Part shown: positions 20,695 to 31,186 of the stretch, piece after piece
Position numbering within the stretch: the stretch's first letter is position 1
Layout: every line of letters starts with the position of its first letter
NCBI GenBank assembly: GCA_016935835.1
Contig: JAFGQE010000150.1
Coordinates: forward strand, 1-53,298
From: Clostridia bacterium
Lineage (GTDB): Bacteria > Bacillota > Clostridia > DUPQ01
DNA: 53,298 bases
Direction of reading: 5' to 3'
Program-made: the position numbers and the translations under genes
Notes under the pieces: generated by a model
Told to the model about the DNA's origin: nothing
What the model saw: the letters and a program-made list of their open reading frames with translations, nothing else
Databases searched by the model: none

Positions 20695-21738
20695 ATGAAA
20701 AGACGCGACAGGCTGCTGACGACAATCAACCATATCGAGCCCGACAGGATACCGATCGGATTTGATATCCACGACAAGAAGAAAATTGAGATGATGAAAT
20801 ATTACGGGGTTTCGGATTACAGGTATTTCTATGAGAAGACCGGGGTCGAATGCTTCTCGGTATGGGACTGGCCCGCCTGCCTGCCGAAGTACAGGGGTCC
20901 GGTGAGGCCCGGGGTGATATACAAGCATGACAAGGAGATGGCTTCCCACAGCTGCTGGGGAAAGGAAAGCGAGCTTGTATATCCCATGGAGAACGAGAGC
21001 CTGGACTCGTATATATGGCCCGATATAGAGGACTTTGATTTTTCCGGACTTGAGAAGGACCTTGATGAAGTGCACGGGATGGATATGACGACCGCGGCGG
21101 CCCATGCGGGCGTCGGGTTCACGCACCATTATCAGCTCAGGAGCTATGACAAGGCTTTCTATGACCTTATGGACGATGATTGGATGGAGGAATACATGGC
21201 GAGGAACAGGGAGTTCTTCATCGTGTATTTCAACAGGTTGTTTCAATATGCAAACGGTAAGATTGACATAATAAGGGCGGACGAGGACCTTGGGGGGCAG
21301 GAGAACATGTCGATAAGCCCGGCTATGTGGCGGCGGTGGTATAAACCCCTTTGGAAGGAAGTATTCGGAATATGCAAGGCCAACGGAGCGAAGATATGGA
21401 TGCATTCGTGCGGATTCTGCAGGGATGTCGTCGATGACTTCGTTGAGATAGGCGTCGATATCCTCAATCCCGTGCCGGCATATGTAAGGGGAAGCGATCC
21501 CCTGGACATGAAGAAAACATACGGCGATGCGCTTGCCTTCGACGGGGGCGTCGACCAGATCAATGTGCTTGTCAAGGGGACGCCGGCCATGGTGGCGGAT
21601 GAGGTCAGGCTGAGGATCGGGCAAATGGCGAAGGGCGGCGGTTTCATAATAGGGCCTTCCCAGGTATTCACCGATGACATGCCCCTTGAAAACATCGTGG
21701 CGTTTTTTGATGCGGTGCATAAATACGGCGCCTATTGA
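20695..21738 (+). CDS. Uroporphyrinogen decarboxylase/MtaA-CmuA family protein
   Basis: EPDRIP N-terminus, DEDLGGQ..MSISPAMWR, MHSCG, GVDILNPV, FDGGVD, GGGFIIGPS. Confidence 0.85.
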   Translation: MKRRDRLLTTINHIEPDRIPIGFDIHDKKKIEMMKYYGVSDYRYFYEKTGVECFSVWDWPACLPKYRGPVRPGVIYKHDKEMASHSCWGKESELVYPMENESLDSYIWPDIEDFDFSGLEKDLDEVHGMDMTTAAAHAGVGFTHHYQLRSYDKAFYDLMDDDWMEEYMARNREFFIVYFNRLFQYANGKIDIIRADEDLGGQENMSISPAMWRRWYKPLWKEVFGICKANGAKIWMHSCGFCRDVVDDFVEIGVDILNPVPAYVRGSDPLDMKKTYGDALAFDGGVDQINVLVKGTPAMVADEVRLRIGQMAKGGGFIIGPSQVFTDDMPLENIVAFFDAVHKYGAY

Positions 21739-21810
21739 TCGAAGGCCGGATCCCGACTTATCTGGCAAGCAGTGATTTACAGGAAATAATGAGGATAATG
21801 GAGGCTGGCC

Positions 21811-23271
21811 ATGACAAATCCTATCATAATCCATCCGGGCAACAGAAAGATATTCGAATACAAGGGCAAGCCCGTGGTTCTGTTTTGCGCCACGGAACAT
21901 TACGGGGCCGTCATGAACAGGCCCTTCGATTTTAAGGCATACCTTGATTATTGCGGTGCGAACGGACAGAATTATACGCGGCTTTTCCTGCTGTTCCGCG
22001 AGCTTCAGACGCCGCTGAACCCATATTCAACGTGCAAGCCCGAGTCCACCGATTATATATCCCCCTATGTGCGTACCGGTCCCGGTCCAGCCGCTGACGG
22101 ACTTTTGAAGTACGACCTTGACATCTGGAACGAAGAGTATTTCGAGCGCCTGCACGGGTTCATGGCTTGCGCCGAAGAGAACGATGTCATCGTAGAGGCG
22201 ACGCTGTTCTCCAATGAATATACGAACGATCTTTTTTCACTGATTCCTTTTCATCCCGGCGCAAATGTCAATAATACCGGGGATGTTGATTTCGCGGAGT
22301 GGATGAGCAGGAAGAATGAAACCATTTTCGGCTACCAAAAGGAATTCATAAGGAAAATAGTCGGGGAGCTGAACAGGTATCCCAATCTATTCTATGAGAT
22401 ATGCAATGAGCCTGTGTGCTTCAAGCCCGGGCTGGCATCGGCCGATGACATCAACGCATGGCAGCGGGAGTTGATTGACTTCATCAGGATGCAGGAAGAG
22501 GACCTGCCGAATAAACATCTGGTCGCAGTTACGGAATGCTGGACGTTCGATGAGGGCGGCGCGCTGTCGGTAAATACAGACCTGTCCTTTTCAGCGCTGG
22601 CGGCAGACATTGCAAATGTCCACCCGCTTCCCGGCGTAAAGTACGGGGGAAGGACATACGACCTTGGGTTGTTTATGTCAAAGCAGCTGAAGCTTGGACA
22701 GTTGCGCGATTACTGCCTGGATTCATACAAGGAAGGACGGCCGCTCAATCTGGACGAGGACAACATAGCTTCGAGATTCATGGATGAGGAAGCCTGGACA
22801 ATCCACAGGAAGAGGGCCTGGACAACCATATTCTGCGGAGCCCATTATGATTATATAGATTTTTCGATAATAAACCGGCTCCCCACGGGTACGGTGGAAT
22901 CAGGGAAGCATCTGCACAGGTGGTTCTGCAACTTAAGGGAGTATATGGGCAGGATGGACCTTGTCAATGGCAGGCCTTTGAAGAATATTGTGACAGATCT
23001 TCCTGACGAAGTCCTGGAAAGCGTATTCGGAATCCCTGACGGCGATATATTCATCTATCTGGCCGATCAAAGGGAACTGACGGATGAGAAGGCAGGGACA
23101 CCGGTTGAGGGCCGGCTTGCTGTTAATCTATGCCAGGGCGGGTATGCCGTGGAATTTTATTCCCCGGAATCCGGTATGGTCGTCGGCGAATCGAAAACAA
23201 GCGGCGGCAATGCTGTCATCGCGCTGCCCCGGTTCAGCGGGGACATAGCAATCCGCCTTTTTAGAATCTGA
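21811..23271 (+). CDS. Putative clan-A (GH5/DUF4038-like) glycoside hydrolase with C-terminal beta domain
   Basis: NYTRLF, YFERLH, YEICNEP acid/base motif; no signal peptide. Confidence 0.6.
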   Translation: MTNPIIIHPGNRKIFEYKGKPVVLFCATEHYGAVMNRPFDFKAYLDYCGANGQNYTRLFLLFRELQTPLNPYSTCKPESTDYISPYVRTGPGPAADGLLKYDLDIWNEEYFERLHGFMACAEENDVIVEATLFSNEYTNDLFSLIPFHPGANVNNTGDVDFAEWMSRKNETIFGYQKEFIRKIVGELNRYPNLFYEICNEPVCFKPGLASADDINAWQRELIDFIRMQEEDLPNKHLVAVTECWTFDEGGALSVNTDLSFSALAADIANVHPLPGVKYGGRTYDLGLFMSKQLKLGQLRDYCLDSYKEGRPLNLDEDNIASRFMDEEAWTIHRKRAWTTIFCGAHYDYIDFSIINRLPTGTVESGKHLHRWFCNLREYMGRMDLVNGRPLKNIVTDLPDEVLESVFGIPDGDIFIYLADQRELTDEKAGTPVEGRLAVNLCQGGYAVEFYSPESGMVVGESKTSGGNAVIALPRFSGDIAIRLFRI

Positions 23272-23427
23272 CCGATTTCAGGCAAAACCGCAGGAAACGC
23301 CCGGGGATTCTCGCTAACCGGGCTTTTATCATGTCAAATCAAAGATTCTACAATTCATTTTAAATTATAAAAACTCCGTCCAAAGGGAATAATAAGAGAA
23401 AGAAAAGTTTGGACGGAGGACTGGTTC

Positions 23428-24150
23428 ATGACTGGAGAAATATTTTTACCATTGGCCGTTTTCGCTGCGGGATTGCTTTCATTCTTTGCACCATGCATAG
23501 TTCCGCTTCTGCCGGTCTATATAGGCTACCTGTCAAAGGGAGCCGACGGCAGGACCGCCGATGAAACCGGGAATGCCGGCGCAAGGCCTGCATTGATAAA
23601 CAGAAGGCTCGTTGTGCAGACGTTGGTTTTCGTAATCGGGCTTTCAACGGCGTTCGTCCTCCTTGGATTTGGAGCCGGCGCGATAGGCAGGCTTTTAAAC
23701 AACAGGATCGTGCTTATTGTCAGCGGGGCGGTGGTAATATTGCTCGGGCTGCACCAGATCGGTCTGTTCAGGTTCGCATTCCTTGAAAGAACGAAAAAAG
23801 TAGAGGTTGAAAAAAGCAGCAGGGGAGGCGTGCTTGGAGCCTATTTGCTCGGGCTGACATTCAGCCTTGGGTGGACGCCTTGCGTTGGTCCCGTTCTTGC
23901 GACCGTCCTTGGGCTTGCCTCGGGAAACGGCAGCGCTTTGTACGGGGGATTTCTGATGATGATATATTCGGCTGGCCTTGCGCTTCCGTTCATATTGATT
24001 TCCCTTTTCGCGGGATTTTTCCTGACGAAGTTCAAGAAACTCAACAGACATCTCGGCAAGATCCGTATTGCAGGTGGAATACTGATAATAATCATGGGAA
24101 TACTGCTGATGACAAACAGCCTTAATGCCATAAGCGGCTGGTTTGTATAA
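23428..24150 (+). CDS. ccdA: Cytochrome c biogenesis/thiol-disulfide membrane transporter CcdA
   Basis: [18 protein letters not shown] and [10 protein letters not shown] cysteine motifs; about 6 TM. Confidence 0.93.
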   Translation: MTGEIFLPLAVFAAGLLSFFAPCIVPLLPVYIGYLSKGADGRTADETGNAGARPALINRRLVVQTLVFVIGLSTAFVLLGFGAGAIGRLLNNRIVLIVSGAVVILLGLHQIGLFRFAFLERTKKVEVEKSSRGGVLGAYLLGLTFSLGWTPCVGPVLATVLGLASGNGSALYGGFLMMIYSAGLALPFILISLFAGFFLTKFKKLNRHLGKIRIAGGILIIIMGILLMTNSLNAISGWFV

Positions 24151-24174
24151 GCGATAATGAAGGAGGATTTTAAA

Positions 24175-24693
24175 ATGAAAAATAAAACCATATTATTGAT
24201 TGCGATAATTACAGCGCTGGCAATAACGCTTGTGTCCTGTTCGGTCATTGAAACTCAGCAAGCCGGGCCGACAGCGCCCGCAGCGACAGGAACCCCCGCG
24301 GAAAATGAAGCCGTTGACCCGGATAACCCCGCGCCCCTTGCAGCGGATATGAAGACCAGGAATCCGGAGGATATCTTCAGGTTTGAAACAACGGCGCTCC
24401 ATGACCCATATGCCAAAACCATAAATCCCACGGGAATGCTTCTCAACATCGGGTGCGAGGACTGCCAGGACATTTTCTATGCATCCAGATCCCTGACGGT
24501 CGAGGAAGTCAAAGTGAAGATAATGGAGGATTTCGGAATAACCGAGATGGTGTCCGATGAGAATTTCGTAAGGTTCGACCTTCATATAGACCTGGTGAGA
24601 CAACTGGAGATTGAACTTGACCTGATAGCGGCGAAGAAACTGTCGGTGCCTGACGAATACGTCAACATACGGATAATATCCATCAAGCCGTAA
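24175..24693 (+). CDS. Hypothetical lipoprotein with CxxC (CEDC) motif
   Basis: RBS AGGAGG; lipobox LVSC; Pro/Ala/Thr linker; IGCEDC; lies within the ccdA-tlpA-msrAB cluster. Confidence 0.7.
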   Translation: MKNKTILLIAIITALAITLVSCSVIETQQAGPTAPAATGTPAENEAVDPDNPAPLAADMKTRNPEDIFRFETTALHDPYAKTINPTGMLLNIGCEDCQDIFYASRSLTVEEVKVKIMEDFGITEMVSDENFVRFDLHIDLVRQLEIELDLIAAKKLSVPDEYVNIRIISIKP

Positions 24694-24873
24694 AGATAAT
24701 GCCGGCGGTTGCAATTGGCTGCCTCCGTACGGATTTCAACAAGGGTCTGCCCTGATGCAGGCTCCGGGGGCAATGACATAATCAAATCAAAGATTGTCCC
24801 GATAGGATTTGATTTAGCCGGGAAAGGCAAAGGGGCATAATAAACCATGACCTTTATAGAAGGAGTTTTGAAT

Positions 24874-25455
24874 ATGAAAAACAAAAAAATAATAATATTG
24901 ATGGCGTTGGCCATGTCGGCATTGTTCATGTTTACAGCCTGTACGACTGCAGCGGTTCCCGCGGCTTTGCCGGATGTTGAAAACGGCGGCGGTTCTCCGG
25001 CCGGAACGCAGGAGCCTGAAGCTTCTTCATTTACAGGAGATGCATATAATTTCACGCTGATGGATACCGACGGAAACACACATAGCCTTGAGGATTATCT
25101 GGGGAAAAAAGTATATCTGAAGTTCTGGGCTACATGGTGCCCTTCATGCCTGACGGGCCTGGCGGAGCTTGACATGCTTCCCGCGCTTGCCCAGGAGAAT
25201 GATATAGTGGTCCTTACAATTGTAGCTCCCGGATACAGCGGGGAAAAATCGTCTGAAAAGTTCGTGGAGTGGTTCAACGGAAGGGGACATGGTTTCACGG
25301 TTCTGCTTGATGAAGGCGGAAATTCGTTTTATGAGTATGGGATCAGGGCGGTGCCTTCGTCATATTTCATTGATACAAAGGGGAATCTGGCGGAAAGCAA
25401 GCTTGGGCATGTGTCCAATGAACAAATCATTGAAATATTCAATGGGATAAGGTAA
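24874..25455 (+). CDS. TlpA/ResA-like thiol-disulfide oxidoreductase lipoprotein
   Basis: Lipobox FTAC; GKKVYLKFWATWCPSC; AVPSSYFID with the thioredoxin cis-Pro. Confidence 0.9.
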   Translation: MKNKKIIILMALAMSALFMFTACTTAAVPAALPDVENGGGSPAGTQEPEASSFTGDAYNFTLMDTDGNTHSLEDYLGKKVYLKFWATWCPSCLTGLAELDMLPALAQENDIVVLTIVAPGYSGEKSSEKFVEWFNGRGHGFTVLLDEGGNSFYEYGIRAVPSSYFIDTKGNLAESKLGHVSNEQIIEIFNGIR

Positions 25456-25488
25456 GGCGGGAAAATGGACCGGCAAAGGAGGCTTATT

Positions 25489-26649
25489 ATGAAAAAATCA
25501 AGAAATGGAATCGTGCTCGCGGCGCTTATTGTGTCGTTTGCACTGGTGCTTGTCTCATGCGGCGGCGCGGCGACAGGAAATATTGTTCCTCTGGAAACAC
25601 AGCCCGGGACCACGTCTGTTCCTTCAAAGGAACCGGCATCGCTTTTCCCTGACAATCCGAACACAGGGATTGTATTCGATGAAAGCAGGCTGGAGGAAAT
25701 CTGGCTTGCGGGAGGCTGCTTCTGGGGACTTGAGGCTTATATGGACAGGGTGCCGGGTGTCGCGGATGTTGTGTCGGGTTATGCCAACGGAACGACGGAG
25801 AACCCTTCCTATGAGGACGTTGTATACAAAGGAACGGGGCATGCAGAGACAGTGTGGGTGAAATATGATCCGGGCATGATAAGCCTTGATGAAATCCTGA
25901 ACTATTTCTTCAGGGTGATAAACCCGACGATACTCAACCAGCAGGGCAATGATGTAGGCTCCCAGTACAGGACCGGAATATATTATACCGATTCTAAAAC
26001 CGAGCTTCCGGTAATACTTGAATCCGTTGAGAAAGAACAGGAAAATCACAAGGCCGTGATAGTTACGGAGGTTCTGCCCCTTGTTCATTTTTATCCCGCG
26101 GAGGAATACCATCAGGACTACCTGGACAAGAATCCAACCGGTTACTGCCATATTGATTTTGACAAGCTTTATGACGAGGAAGCCATAGAGGTGGATCCGG
26201 ATAAATACTTCAAGCCGGATGACATAGCGATAAGGGCGATGCTGACGGACGAACAATATAATGTGACGCAGATGGGTGATACGGAATTTGCGTTCTCCAG
26301 TGAAATGCACGAGAAGTTCGATCCCGGAATATATGTAGACATAGTTACCGGCGAGCCATTGTTCAGCTCAAGGGATAAATACGACTCCGGCTGCGGCTGG
26401 CCAAGCTTTACAAAGCCGATTGACATCGAGTCCATAATATTCCTTCAGGACTACAGCTACGACATGGTAAGGACAGAGGTCAGGAGCAGGACCGGGAACT
26501 CGCATCTCGGGCATGTTTTCACTGACGGGCCAAAGGACCGGGGCGGTCTCCGGTACTGCATAAACAGTGTTTCGCTCAGGTTCATCCCGTTGGAGGACAT
26601 GGTTGAGGAAGGATACGGATTTTTCCTGCCGGTTGTGCAAGAGCATTGA
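25489..26649 (+). CDS. msrAB: Lipoprotein peptide-methionine sulfoxide reductase MsrA/MsrB fusion
   Basis: Lipobox LVSC; MsrA motifs [19 protein letters not shown]; MsrB motifs GCGWPSF, HLGHVF, RYCINS. Confidence 0.95.
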   Translation: MKKSRNGIVLAALIVSFALVLVSCGGAATGNIVPLETQPGTTSVPSKEPASLFPDNPNTGIVFDESRLEEIWLAGGCFWGLEAYMDRVPGVADVVSGYANGTTENPSYEDVVYKGTGHAETVWVKYDPGMISLDEILNYFFRVINPTILNQQGNDVGSQYRTGIYYTDSKTELPVILESVEKEQENHKAVIVTEVLPLVHFYPAEEYHQDYLDKNPTGYCHIDFDKLYDEEAIEVDPDKYFKPDDIAIRAMLTDEQYNVTQMGDTEFAFSSEMHEKFDPGIYVDIVTGEPLFSSRDKYDSGCGWPSFTKPIDIESIIFLQDYSYDMVRTEVRSRTGNSHLGHVFTDGPKDRGGLRYCINSVSLRFIPLEDMVEEGYGFFLPVVQEH

Positions 26650-26692
26650 ATCGGTGTAGAATTGAAGCAACGACAGGGCGGGGAATGCTATT

Positions 26693-27469
26693 ATGTATAA
26701 ATTGCTCGTGGTTGATGATGAACCGCTGATCCGAAAGGGAATCATAAGTTTGATTGATTACAGGGAACTTGCCGTCGATGGTGTTTTTGAAGCCGCCGAC
26801 GGCATTTCCGCGCTAAAGATTGCAGGGGATGAGAAACCTGACATAGTTTTGGCGGACATCAATATGCCGGGCATGGACGGCCTGGAGTTGGCGTCAAGGA
26901 TCAGGGAGATGAATCCCGGGGTCAAGATTGCAATCATTACCGGATACGATTATTTCGATTATGCGGTCGCCGCTATAAAGGCGGGGGTGGATGACTTTGT
27001 CCTTAAGCCTGTTTCGAAAGCCGACATAACCGGAATCCTCAGTAAACTCATATATGAACTGGACAGGGATAAAAGCACGAGGGAAGCGGTCGGCTCGATC
27101 GGCAAACTGGCGGACATCGGGGGGGACCGGGGGAATGAATCCGGCTATCGGCGGCAGATTGCCGGGGTCATGGATGAGAAGTACAGGGATTCTGAGTTTT
27201 CGCTCAGGAAACTCGCGGAGGAGGTATCGCTGAGCCCCGGATATCTAAGCACGCTTTTCAAGGATATATTCGGGATAACCTTCCATGATTACCTTACGTC
27301 CCTTCGCCTTGAAAGGGCGAAGATACTCCTTCTTTCCTCGGATTTGAAGAATTACGAAGTCGCGGCACAGGTGGGATTCGAGGATCCCAACTATTTCAGC
27401 ACCGCCTTTAAAAGAAGGTTCGGAAAACCGCCGGGCGAATACAGGGGTTATGCAGGCGGTGGGAAATGA
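26693..27469 (+). CDS. Two-component response regulator, receiver plus AraC HTH (YesN type)
   Basis: VVDDEP, DINMPGMDG, LKP; YLSTLFK, VGFEDPNYFS. Confidence 0.92.
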   Translation: MYKLLVVDDEPLIRKGIISLIDYRELAVDGVFEAADGISALKIAGDEKPDIVLADINMPGMDGLELASRIREMNPGVKIAIITGYDYFDYAVAAIKAGVDDFVLKPVSKADITGILSKLIYELDRDKSTREAVGSIGKLADIGGDRGNESGYRRQIAGVMDEKYRDSEFSLRKLAEEVSLSPGYLSTLFKDIFGITFHDYLTSLRLERAKILLLSSDLKNYEVAAQVGFEDPNYFSTAFKRRFGKPPGEYRGYAGGGK

Positions 27470-29217
27470 GAAAGAGAAAGTCTCCCCGCATTGGTTCCCA
27501 GATATTCATATATTTCCTGCTTTCAACGGGATTGATATTCATCGCCAGCGGAATTCTCCTTTATTTCAATTTTGCAGGCCTGGTGGAAAGTGAAATACTA
27601 AAAGCCACCAGGATGGGCATAGACAGCAGCGGCAAGCAGCTTGAGCTGTACATAGGGCAGGTCAAGGCCATATCCTCAATACTTGCGGGCGACGCAAACA
27701 CATGCAGCTATTTTGAACACGGCCATGACGGCCATGTCGCCGATGAAAACGACAGGAGCGAGATCGAGGGGCTTATCTCCAACATCATGGCAGCCAATGA
27801 AGAGCTGGTTACCGTCGTCATGGTGGGATATGACGGAAAGATCCTGTCAAACGAGCCGGACCTTGGAATGGAGGTTTCGAAGGACATGATGGAGCAGCAA
27901 TGGTACAAGGATGCCATTGCCAACAGCATGCCGGTCCTGACTTCGGCGCGGATGCAGGAATTCACGATGGACAAGGACGAATGGGTTCTGTCGCTGAGCA
28001 GGGAAATTGTCGGCGAATGCGATGAAAACATAGGCGTGCTGCTGATTGATTTCAAATATGATGCCATTGAGGGCATATTGGACGAGCTGGATCTCGGCTC
28101 CAGGGGATACCCCTTCATATTGAACGGCAGGAATGAGGTGGTATACCATTTCGACGACACCTATTTCAGCGACGAGGAAAAAAGGTCTGAACTTGTAGAA
28201 ATTGCAAACATGGGCAGCGACTCGATTGGGGCGGGCAGGCTAATACACAGCTATCAGATCAAGGGAACGGACTGGATGCTCGTGGGAGTGGCATCGACTG
28301 ACGCGGTCAGGATGATGCGGCAGGACATGGTTGTCGTCCTGTGGATACTCGGGTCGGCGGTTTTCATGATTGCGCTGGGAAGCGGCGTCATATTCTCAAG
28401 AAGGGTCGCGTCTCCGCTGAAAAAGCTTGAAAAGGCGATGGAGGAAGTGGAATCGGGCAAGCTTGATCAGACGGTCGACATCAGGGGAAGCCTGGAGGCT
28501 GAAAGCATCGCGGGACACTATGTCTCCATGATGAAAAGGATACGAAAACTTCTCGATGAGATTCAACAAAAGGAAAGATATCTGAGGACAAGCGAACTCA
28601 ATACGCTGCAGAGCCAGATAAACCCGCATTTTTTGTACAATACGCTTGATACCATTCTGTGGGCGGCTGAATTCAGGGACAGCGGCAAGGTAATATCGCT
28701 GACCAAGGCGCTGGCCAGGTTCTTCAGGCTTTCACTTGGCGGGGGCGGGGAGCTTACCTCGGTTGCGGACGAGCTTGACCATGCGGAGCAATATCTTTTC
28801 ATTCAGAAACAAAGGTACGGGGATAAACTCAATTATTCATTTGAATCCGACGATGGGATCGGAGATATCAAAATACCGAGGCTGATTCTTCAGCCTATAG
28901 TTGAAAACGCCATTTATCACGGCATACGCACCCTGGATGACGGAGGAATGATTTCCGTCAGCGCACGCAGGCAGGACGACGGCTTGCTTTTCACCATAAG
29001 GGACAATGGACCGGGTTACGATTTGAACCCGGACAGGGCTGCCGGGGACAGGGAATCCGGTGGAAATGATTCCGTTGGCAAAACGGGCGTCGGGCAGGCC
29101 AACGTAGATAAAAGGATCAAACTTTATTATGGCGGTGGATATGGCCTGAGGATAGACAGCGCCCCGGGCAAAGGAACGACTGTATATATCAGGACAGGTC
29201 TTCAGGTCGACAGCTGA
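27466..29217 (+). CDS. Sensor histidine kinase (YesM/LytS type, Cache plus HAMP)
   Basis: LQSQINPHFLYNTL, LQPIVENAIYHG, DNGPG, GKGT; two TM helices; overlaps the regulator stop (ATGA). Confidence 0.92.
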   Translation: MRKRKSPRIGSQIFIYFLLSTGLIFIASGILLYFNFAGLVESEILKATRMGIDSSGKQLELYIGQVKAISSILAGDANTCSYFEHGHDGHVADENDRSEIEGLISNIMAANEELVTVVMVGYDGKILSNEPDLGMEVSKDMMEQQWYKDAIANSMPVLTSARMQEFTMDKDEWVLSLSREIVGECDENIGVLLIDFKYDAIEGILDELDLGSRGYPFILNGRNEVVYHFDDTYFSDEEKRSELVEIANMGSDSIGAGRLIHSYQIKGTDWMLVGVASTDAVRMMRQDMVVVLWILGSAVFMIALGSGVIFSRRVASPLKKLEKAMEEVESGKLDQTVDIRGSLEAESIAGHYVSMMKRIRKLLDEIQQKERYLRTSELNTLQSQINPHFLYNTLDTILWAAEFRDSGKVISLTKALARFFRLSLGGGGELTSVADELDHAEQYLFIQKQRYGDKLNYSFESDDGIGDIKIPRLILQPIVENAIYHGIRTLDDGGMISVSARRQDDGLLFTIRDNGPGYDLNPDRAAGDRESGGNDSVGKTGVGQANVDKRIKLYYGGGYGLRIDSAPGKGTTVYIRTGLQVDS

Positions 29218-31040
29218 CCCTGTCCCTGATTGTTCTGTTTGCGAAATGCGTCGTCCAGCATGGCGTGGAGGCTTCTCATTCTCATCGCATCGAATTTCAG
29301 CACCTTGCGGTCATATGTGTATATGCCGTTGGTTTCTATCTCAACATCGGACAGCTGGGTGTAGATCGTTCCGCACAGCCCGTATTCAATCAATGGCAGG
29401 ACCTGGCCTTTCAGCAGTTCCTCATAGGCATCCATCAGCATGCCGGTCGTAGGGAAATATTTATACCCGGAAGTGTCGTCATCCCTCCACAGGTTGTCAG
29501 TGAGTATGCAGTTATAGCCACCGTATTCGCTTATCAGATATGCCCTTTTATCGCAATCCGGCGGTCGTTTCAGCTCCTTGATATATGTATGCCTGCTCAG
29601 GAAATCGCCGCAGCCCTGGTCAATCCAGCCCGAAGCATGGTCGACCGCCCTGGAAGGGTCCGTTTCCCTGACTTTCTCATAAATCCTTTTTGAGTCGTAC
29701 TGGCCCCATGCCTCATTGAAAGGGCACCAGACTATTATTGCCGGGGAGTTGTGCAGGTGCGACAGCATCCCCCCGAGTTCATTCTCATAGCCTTCGCGTG
29801 AAGCGGGATCCGACCTCCATGCAAGGGAATGAGTCCTGCCGTTGTTGTCCCTGACAAGATGGCCGGGGAGCCTCGACAGCCTCACCCGCCGCCTGGTGGT
29901 CATGTCCCTTCCCCCGGAAACCATGTCCTGTATGACAAGGATTCCGATCCTGTCGGCATGGTAATACCAGCGGCGGGGCTCGATCTTGATATGTTTTCTT
30001 ATTGCATTGAAGCCAAGCTCCTTCATTCTGCGTATGTCGAATTCCATTGCGGCGTCGCAAGGCGGGGTCAACCCGCTTTCGGGCCAGTATCCCTGGTCAA
30101 GCGGTCCATTAAGGAATACTGGCGACCCGTTCAGCAGCAGCATATTCCTTCCGGAGCTTCCCTTTGCAAATGAAACCGAGCGGATTCCAAAGTACGAGGT
30201 CACCGAATCAATGGTATCCTGACCGGACACAAGGTCAATTTCCACATCATAGAGGAAAGGGTCGGCGGGGCTCCACAGCCTGGGGGATTCAAGGAGTATG
30301 TCAAACGGCTCGTTCGATTTGAACACGGCTGAGGCCGCCGGATGCCCTCCTTCGTATATTCGGGCGCGAACGTCCAGGCCTGATGCCGATGATACCTCGA
30401 TGCGAACTCCGTTGGCCCCGGAAAGGGGAGTCATGCGGAGGCCTTCCACATAATCCTTGGGAACGGTTTCCATCCATACCGTCTGCCAGATTCCGCTCGT
30501 AGGCGTGTACCATATGCCTGACGGATGAAGGCGCTGCTTACCGCGCTGCTGCCAGTGGGTGTCGGATGGATCCGTTACGGAAACAACCAGCACGTTGACG
30601 CCGGGCCTTGAAAGATCCGTTATATCGATTGAAAAGGGAAGGTAGCCTCCTTCATGAGAGCCTGCCATGGTTCCGTTTATAAAAATTTCACATTTCCAGT
30701 CGACGGCTTCGAAATTCAACAGAATGCGATTGGAGGATCCGGTTTCCGGGGCGGGAAAGGAGCGTCTGTAATGAAGCTTCCGGTCGGGCGGGAAGGGCTT
30801 TTCCACACCGCCCAGGGCTGTTTCGAATGAGAAAGGAACCAGGATGAAGCCGTCCGCCGTTTCGGGCATCGGCTCATCAATCCCCGTTACGGCGTATTCC
30901 CAGGGACCGTTCAGGCAAATCCAGTCCCGCCGGACCATCTGGGGCCTCGGGTATTCGCCCAGTGGACAGGTCCTGTCGATGGTTGCACCCCAGATTGTGC
31001 TGATGCCGGAATCCTTCCGTGTTTTTTGTTCTTTGGTCAT
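29202..31040 (-). CDS. Glycoside hydrolase family 2 (beta-galactosidase-like)
   Basis: EYPRPQM, LNFEAVDW, GIWQTVW, GPLDQGYWP, RKHIK, PFNEAWGQ, SEYGG, YTQLSDVE. Confidence 0.9.
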   Translation of the reverse strand: MTKEQKTRKDSGISTIWGATIDRTCPLGEYPRPQMVRRDWICLNGPWEYAVTGIDEPMPETADGFILVPFSFETALGGVEKPFPPDRKLHYRRSFPAPETGSSNRILLNFEAVDWKCEIFINGTMAGSHEGGYLPFSIDITDLSRPGVNVLVVSVTDPSDTHWQQRGKQRLHPSGIWYTPTSGIWQTVWMETVPKDYVEGLRMTPLSGANGVRIEVSSASGLDVRARIYEGGHPAASAVFKSNEPFDILLESPRLWSPADPFLYDVEIDLVSGQDTIDSVTSYFGIRSVSFAKGSSGRNMLLLNGSPVFLNGPLDQGYWPESGLTPPCDAAMEFDIRRMKELGFNAIRKHIKIEPRRWYYHADRIGILVIQDMVSGGRDMTTRRRVRLSRLPGHLVRDNNGRTHSLAWRSDPASREGYENELGGMLSHLHNSPAIIVWCPFNEAWGQYDSKRIYEKVRETDPSRAVDHASGWIDQGCGDFLSRHTYIKELKRPPDCDKRAYLISEYGGYNCILTDNLWRDDDTSGYKYFPTTGMLMDAYEELLKGQVLPLIEYGLCGTIYTQLSDVEIETNGIYTYDRKVLKFDAMRMRSLHAMLDDAFRKQNNQGQGQLST

Positions 31041-31186
31041 GTCAGGCACCCCGCTTATTATTTCCATGAAATTATATCATAATATATTATAATGCAGTTA
31101 TTCCTGACAGCCCCCGGGCTTTGGATCCGCATGAGCATCCGGGGAAATATGATATAATGTCCTGGAGCCGGGAGGCATGGGCTGAT

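Noticed and set aside
20674-21900. 408-aa minus-strand ORF
   Set aside because: Antisense shadow of the UroD-family gene with no recognisable motifs.
29202-29217. 16-bp overlap of convergent kinase and GH2 3' ends
   Set aside because: Short convergent overlaps are common and both proteins look complete.
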